A stretch of 64,000 nucleotides of DNA. Source: the human T2T-CHM13v2.0 reference genome, Homo sapiens. Made by a program: the position numbers and the translations under genes. The stretch lies in the NCBI RefSeq assembly GCF_009914755.1, contig NC_060926.1. One strand, written 5' to 3'. Each line of letters starts with the position of its first letter. The stretch's first letter is position 1. The notes beneath the pieces are model-generated. The model saw only the letters and a list, made by a program, of their open reading frames with translations. It was not told the origin of the DNA and did no database searches. Of the stretch, positions 60,825-64,000 are shown one piece after another.

Positions 60825-60897
60825 CTGTGGCTCAAAAGAGGACAGCCTAAGTCCTACTGGATCTCTGGTTTCTTCTTTCCTCAAGGATTTCTAACAG
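60825..60897 (+). CDS. DNAH6: DNAH6 coding exon K (73 nt; [24 protein letters not shown])
   Basis: ccttcag acceptor; CAG|gtacca donor; phase 0 to 1; [13 protein letters not shown] motif. Confidence 0.93.
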
Positions 60898-61737
60898 GTA
60901 CCAGCGCTTTCTAGAAAAACCCCATAGGAATGGCCATGACTTCTCATACACAGGGTTTTGAGGTGCTGGGGAAATGACATGGCTGCTAATGCTCTAGCAA
61001 TGAGGCTATTGATCATAGGGCAATCTAACAAGGTCGTGCTCTTCCTCACTTGTGGGGGGCAGAGGAAAGATGGCAGAGATAGCAGATGTTCCCCAACAAC
61101 CTAATCCCTGCCCCTCTCAGGTTACATAAGTGCAGGCACTGCTGCCTCCACAAACACAGAATGTGCCTCAGTTCCCCATATGACCCACGCTCAAGGGCAT
61201 CAACTGCTGTCCACCTGCTCAGGCCCCAGCTGTGAGCAGCTCCCTTCCCTCTGAGAAATTCTCTTGATGTGCCTCCATCAGCTCTTGGGGAATCTGGCTA
61301 GAGAGCCTCAGAGGGGGCTAGAGCCTGTGAGCAACTCAATGCTAATTACCCAAGCCCTTCATCTCTCTCATTCTTAATACCTATTAAACAGCCCATATAA
61401 AACAAGCTGGGCAAAATCCTAAAGTTAGCGAGATTGGGCTCTGAAACTGCCTCACTGGTTTGTCTCCCTCATGACAGGGCAATGCACTGAACACTGGCCT
61501 TCCCTCCCTTCCCAGCCAGGACCAGAGCTTGTCCATCCCTTGGGCCCTTACCTCCCAACATGACCCGCAGGCTTCCTGACCCTGTGAACTAACTCAGAGG
61601 AAGGTATTAAGAGTTGGGTCTTCTCTGTGGTGGGAAGGCTCTCTAATGCCAGGGCAGCCTGGTTTGGATGAAGGGGAATAGTGCCTGGGGAGTAGCAGTG
61701 TTGTTTGAACGCAGCTTTCCGATTTTCACAATTACAG

Positions 61738-61889
61738 GAACTCTTCAAAATCATGCTCGAAAATACAATTTGCCTATAGATGAGCTGAGTTTCAAATACA
61801 GCGTAATTCCCACCTATCGGGATCAAGCTGCAGTGATAGAAGCTGCCAAGACAGTGCAATTTGGACAAGAACTGCCCATGGACATGGAG
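61738..61889 (+). CDS. DNAH6: DNAH6 coding exon L (152 nt; GTLQNHARKYNLPIDELSF...ELPMDME)
   Basis: ttacag acceptor; GAG|gtattg donor; phase 1 to 0; LQNHARKYxxPIDxL motif. Confidence 0.92.
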
Positions 61890-63627
61890 GTATTGTCCAC
61901 CTGGCTGTTATGGCAAAGCAGCTTCTATCCCACTGTCTTTGAAGATTTCAGACAACCTTCCATGCCCCACTCCCCCACCACCTCCCATTGGCAGGAGCAG
62001 GAAGGGCAGGGTAGTAATCACACCTCCAAGATAAGCTCCCCAATTAGCAATGACCAGATGGGAACTGCCTAAACTAGTCTAAGTTATAGAAATATTTTTA
62101 AAGCAATATTTTTTTTATTTTTTAGCTACCTTTAGTAACCTTCTTCATCTTACAGAATCAATATAGCAAGAAGTTAAAAGCAAGGGTTTAAAAACGAGAG
62201 AAGCCTGAGTTTGAATTCTGACACTACCTTTCACCAGCTGCATGTGCTGGAGCAATTGTTAACATGTCTGCACCTCATATTATTTTAAGATCCTTCTTGT
62301 CTTAAGAAGAGAGTGTCAACTTTCCCATGTCAGGAAAACTTGAGGCTCCAGGAAGGTAAAGCAACACCCACATAAAAGCCCCCACCGGAGCTTTCCGGGA
62401 CCAGCCTGCCCTGGTCCATGCTCAGCACACTCCATCTGCCACAGAGGCTGATTCTGACAGACAGAAGTTTACAGTGACCACCAGGGCTCTGTCCCTCCAC
62501 CCTAGTTCATACCATGTCTCTGCTTGGGTCATGTGCGCTGAGCCATGACAATGCCTTACAATCTCTGAGATCTGGGGAGACTTCAGACTGTCTAACTGGC
62601 CTGTCTCCTGGCCCACCTAGCAAATGTCTGCCACCAACAGACCAGGAGACAGGCCAGTAGTGTGGTGTGAAAGAAACAGCCAGTGTCATGTGACCAGCAC
62701 ATATACTGGTCTAAACACAGGGTATGTGTTTAAACAGCTTTATCTCTGTTGCAAACAGGCAAGACCACTGTCAGCCCATTTGCCGCCTTGGCGCAGCATA
62801 GGAAAAGGTGCTCCCTCTGGGTGATGCCCAGTTGGTGGACACCCAGTAGGTAGCAGGATAGTTTTCAGGCAAACCTGCATAAACATATGTGCAGCCCAAA
62901 AACAGGAAGTCCCATCCTGCTGCACCCAAGAAACAGAAAGGTTAGGACACCAAAAAGCAAAGACCAGCTAAAAAGAATTTAGTTTACCATCCTTTTATTC
63001 ACTATAAAATGCACTACATATTATCCAAACAGCTTAGTCCTCTGCCTGCAGACGTGAGGCTCCAATTATCCAAAGACCTCGGGCCAGAAATGGCCAAATC
63101 CACTCAGGGTTTGAGGAAGGATGACTCAGATGCCCACAATTGGAAAAAAAAAAAAAAAAGTGTGCACCGGTGGAGACATCCAATCACATCACAGGAATCT
63201 GATGGGCAGGGTCTCTCCCTCTCCCTCTTTCTTATTTAATACAAACATTTAAAAGTAAGCATAATTTTTAAAAAAGAGAGAAAGAACAAAAAGGAATTGT
63301 CCATGGGCACTCTGCAAATATTATTGCAGATATATAATCTGTCTTCTAGGAGGGCATCCAAATCCTTGAAAAACCTTGCTAAGAATAACAGACGATGATC
63401 TCAGTACTCCTCCACCTCCCATGAAAAGGGGAAAAGTCATCACATTATTATTACATTTTTTTGCCTCTCAGAGCCTCAGGATTGACCTCTCTAAAATGTG
63501 AATAATAACAGCAATGTATAGAGTGTTTTTTAGAATTACCTGGTGAGGATGTGGGACATAGGAAGTGGCTCACACCTGCTGATCCCTTTTCCCCCATCTC
63601 ACTTTGAGACTTGTGGGTATCTTTCAG

Positions 63628-63850
63628 TTGCCCTCTCCTGAGGATGGTGTTCTTGTTCATGGGATGTTCATGGATGCTTCTCGATGGGATGATAAGGAGA
63701 TGGTGATAGAAGATGCATTGCCCGGACAGATGAATCCAGTGCTGCCTGTGGTGCATTTTGAACCACAACAAAACTATAAGCCAAGCCCAACACTTTACCA
63801 CTGCCCACTTTATAAAACAGGAGCCCGGGCAGGAACACTCTCAACCACAG
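63628..63850 (+). CDS. DNAH6: DNAH6 coding exon M (223 nt; [21 protein letters not shown]...[18 protein letters not shown]), probably penultimate
   Basis: ctttcag acceptor; CAG|gtgagg donor; phase 0 to 1. CPLYKTxxRxGxLSTTG lies near the dynein C-terminus; no stop codon in the window. Confidence 0.93.
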
Positions 63851-64000
63851 GTGAGGATGTTCTTAAGATTAGTTCAAATAATGACCAAATGCAATCTTCA
63901 ATCAAAGTCCAAACACTAAGCTGTGATTGGCTCAAGATCTCCCTTGGGCCAATAAACTAGACTTAAAATGAAGCCACCTATAACATACAAAATTCGTAAA

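Overview
Hominid (very likely human) genomic DNA, dense in Alu and L1. The window lies inside the 3' part of an axonemal dynein heavy-chain gene on the + strand, recognised as DNAH6. Thirteen GT-AG exons (10525-63850, 1861 nt) join in one open frame encoding the AAA6 module, its lid and most of the C-terminal domain; the terminal exon is beyond the window. The introns hold nested L1s, Alus, solo LTRs (MST, THE1, MLT2, LTR18/32-like, MLT1), MER3/MER5A and microsatellites. They also hold a full-length antisense LDHA processed pseudogene (probably LDHAP7) inserted in an old L1 and itself hit at its stop codon by a 5'-inverted L1. The most unusual element is a decayed Hsmar2 mariner transposase (36703-37832) with no terminal inverted repeats. 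It starts at what appears to be a splice junction after a ~300-nt unidentified leader and ends in an A-tract just after its poly(A)-signal position, so it looks like an L1-retrocopied, host-spliced transposase mRNA. Repeat subfamily names and consensus comparisons come from recalled consensus sequences, not database searches; repeat boundaries without stated target-site duplications (TSDs) are approximate.
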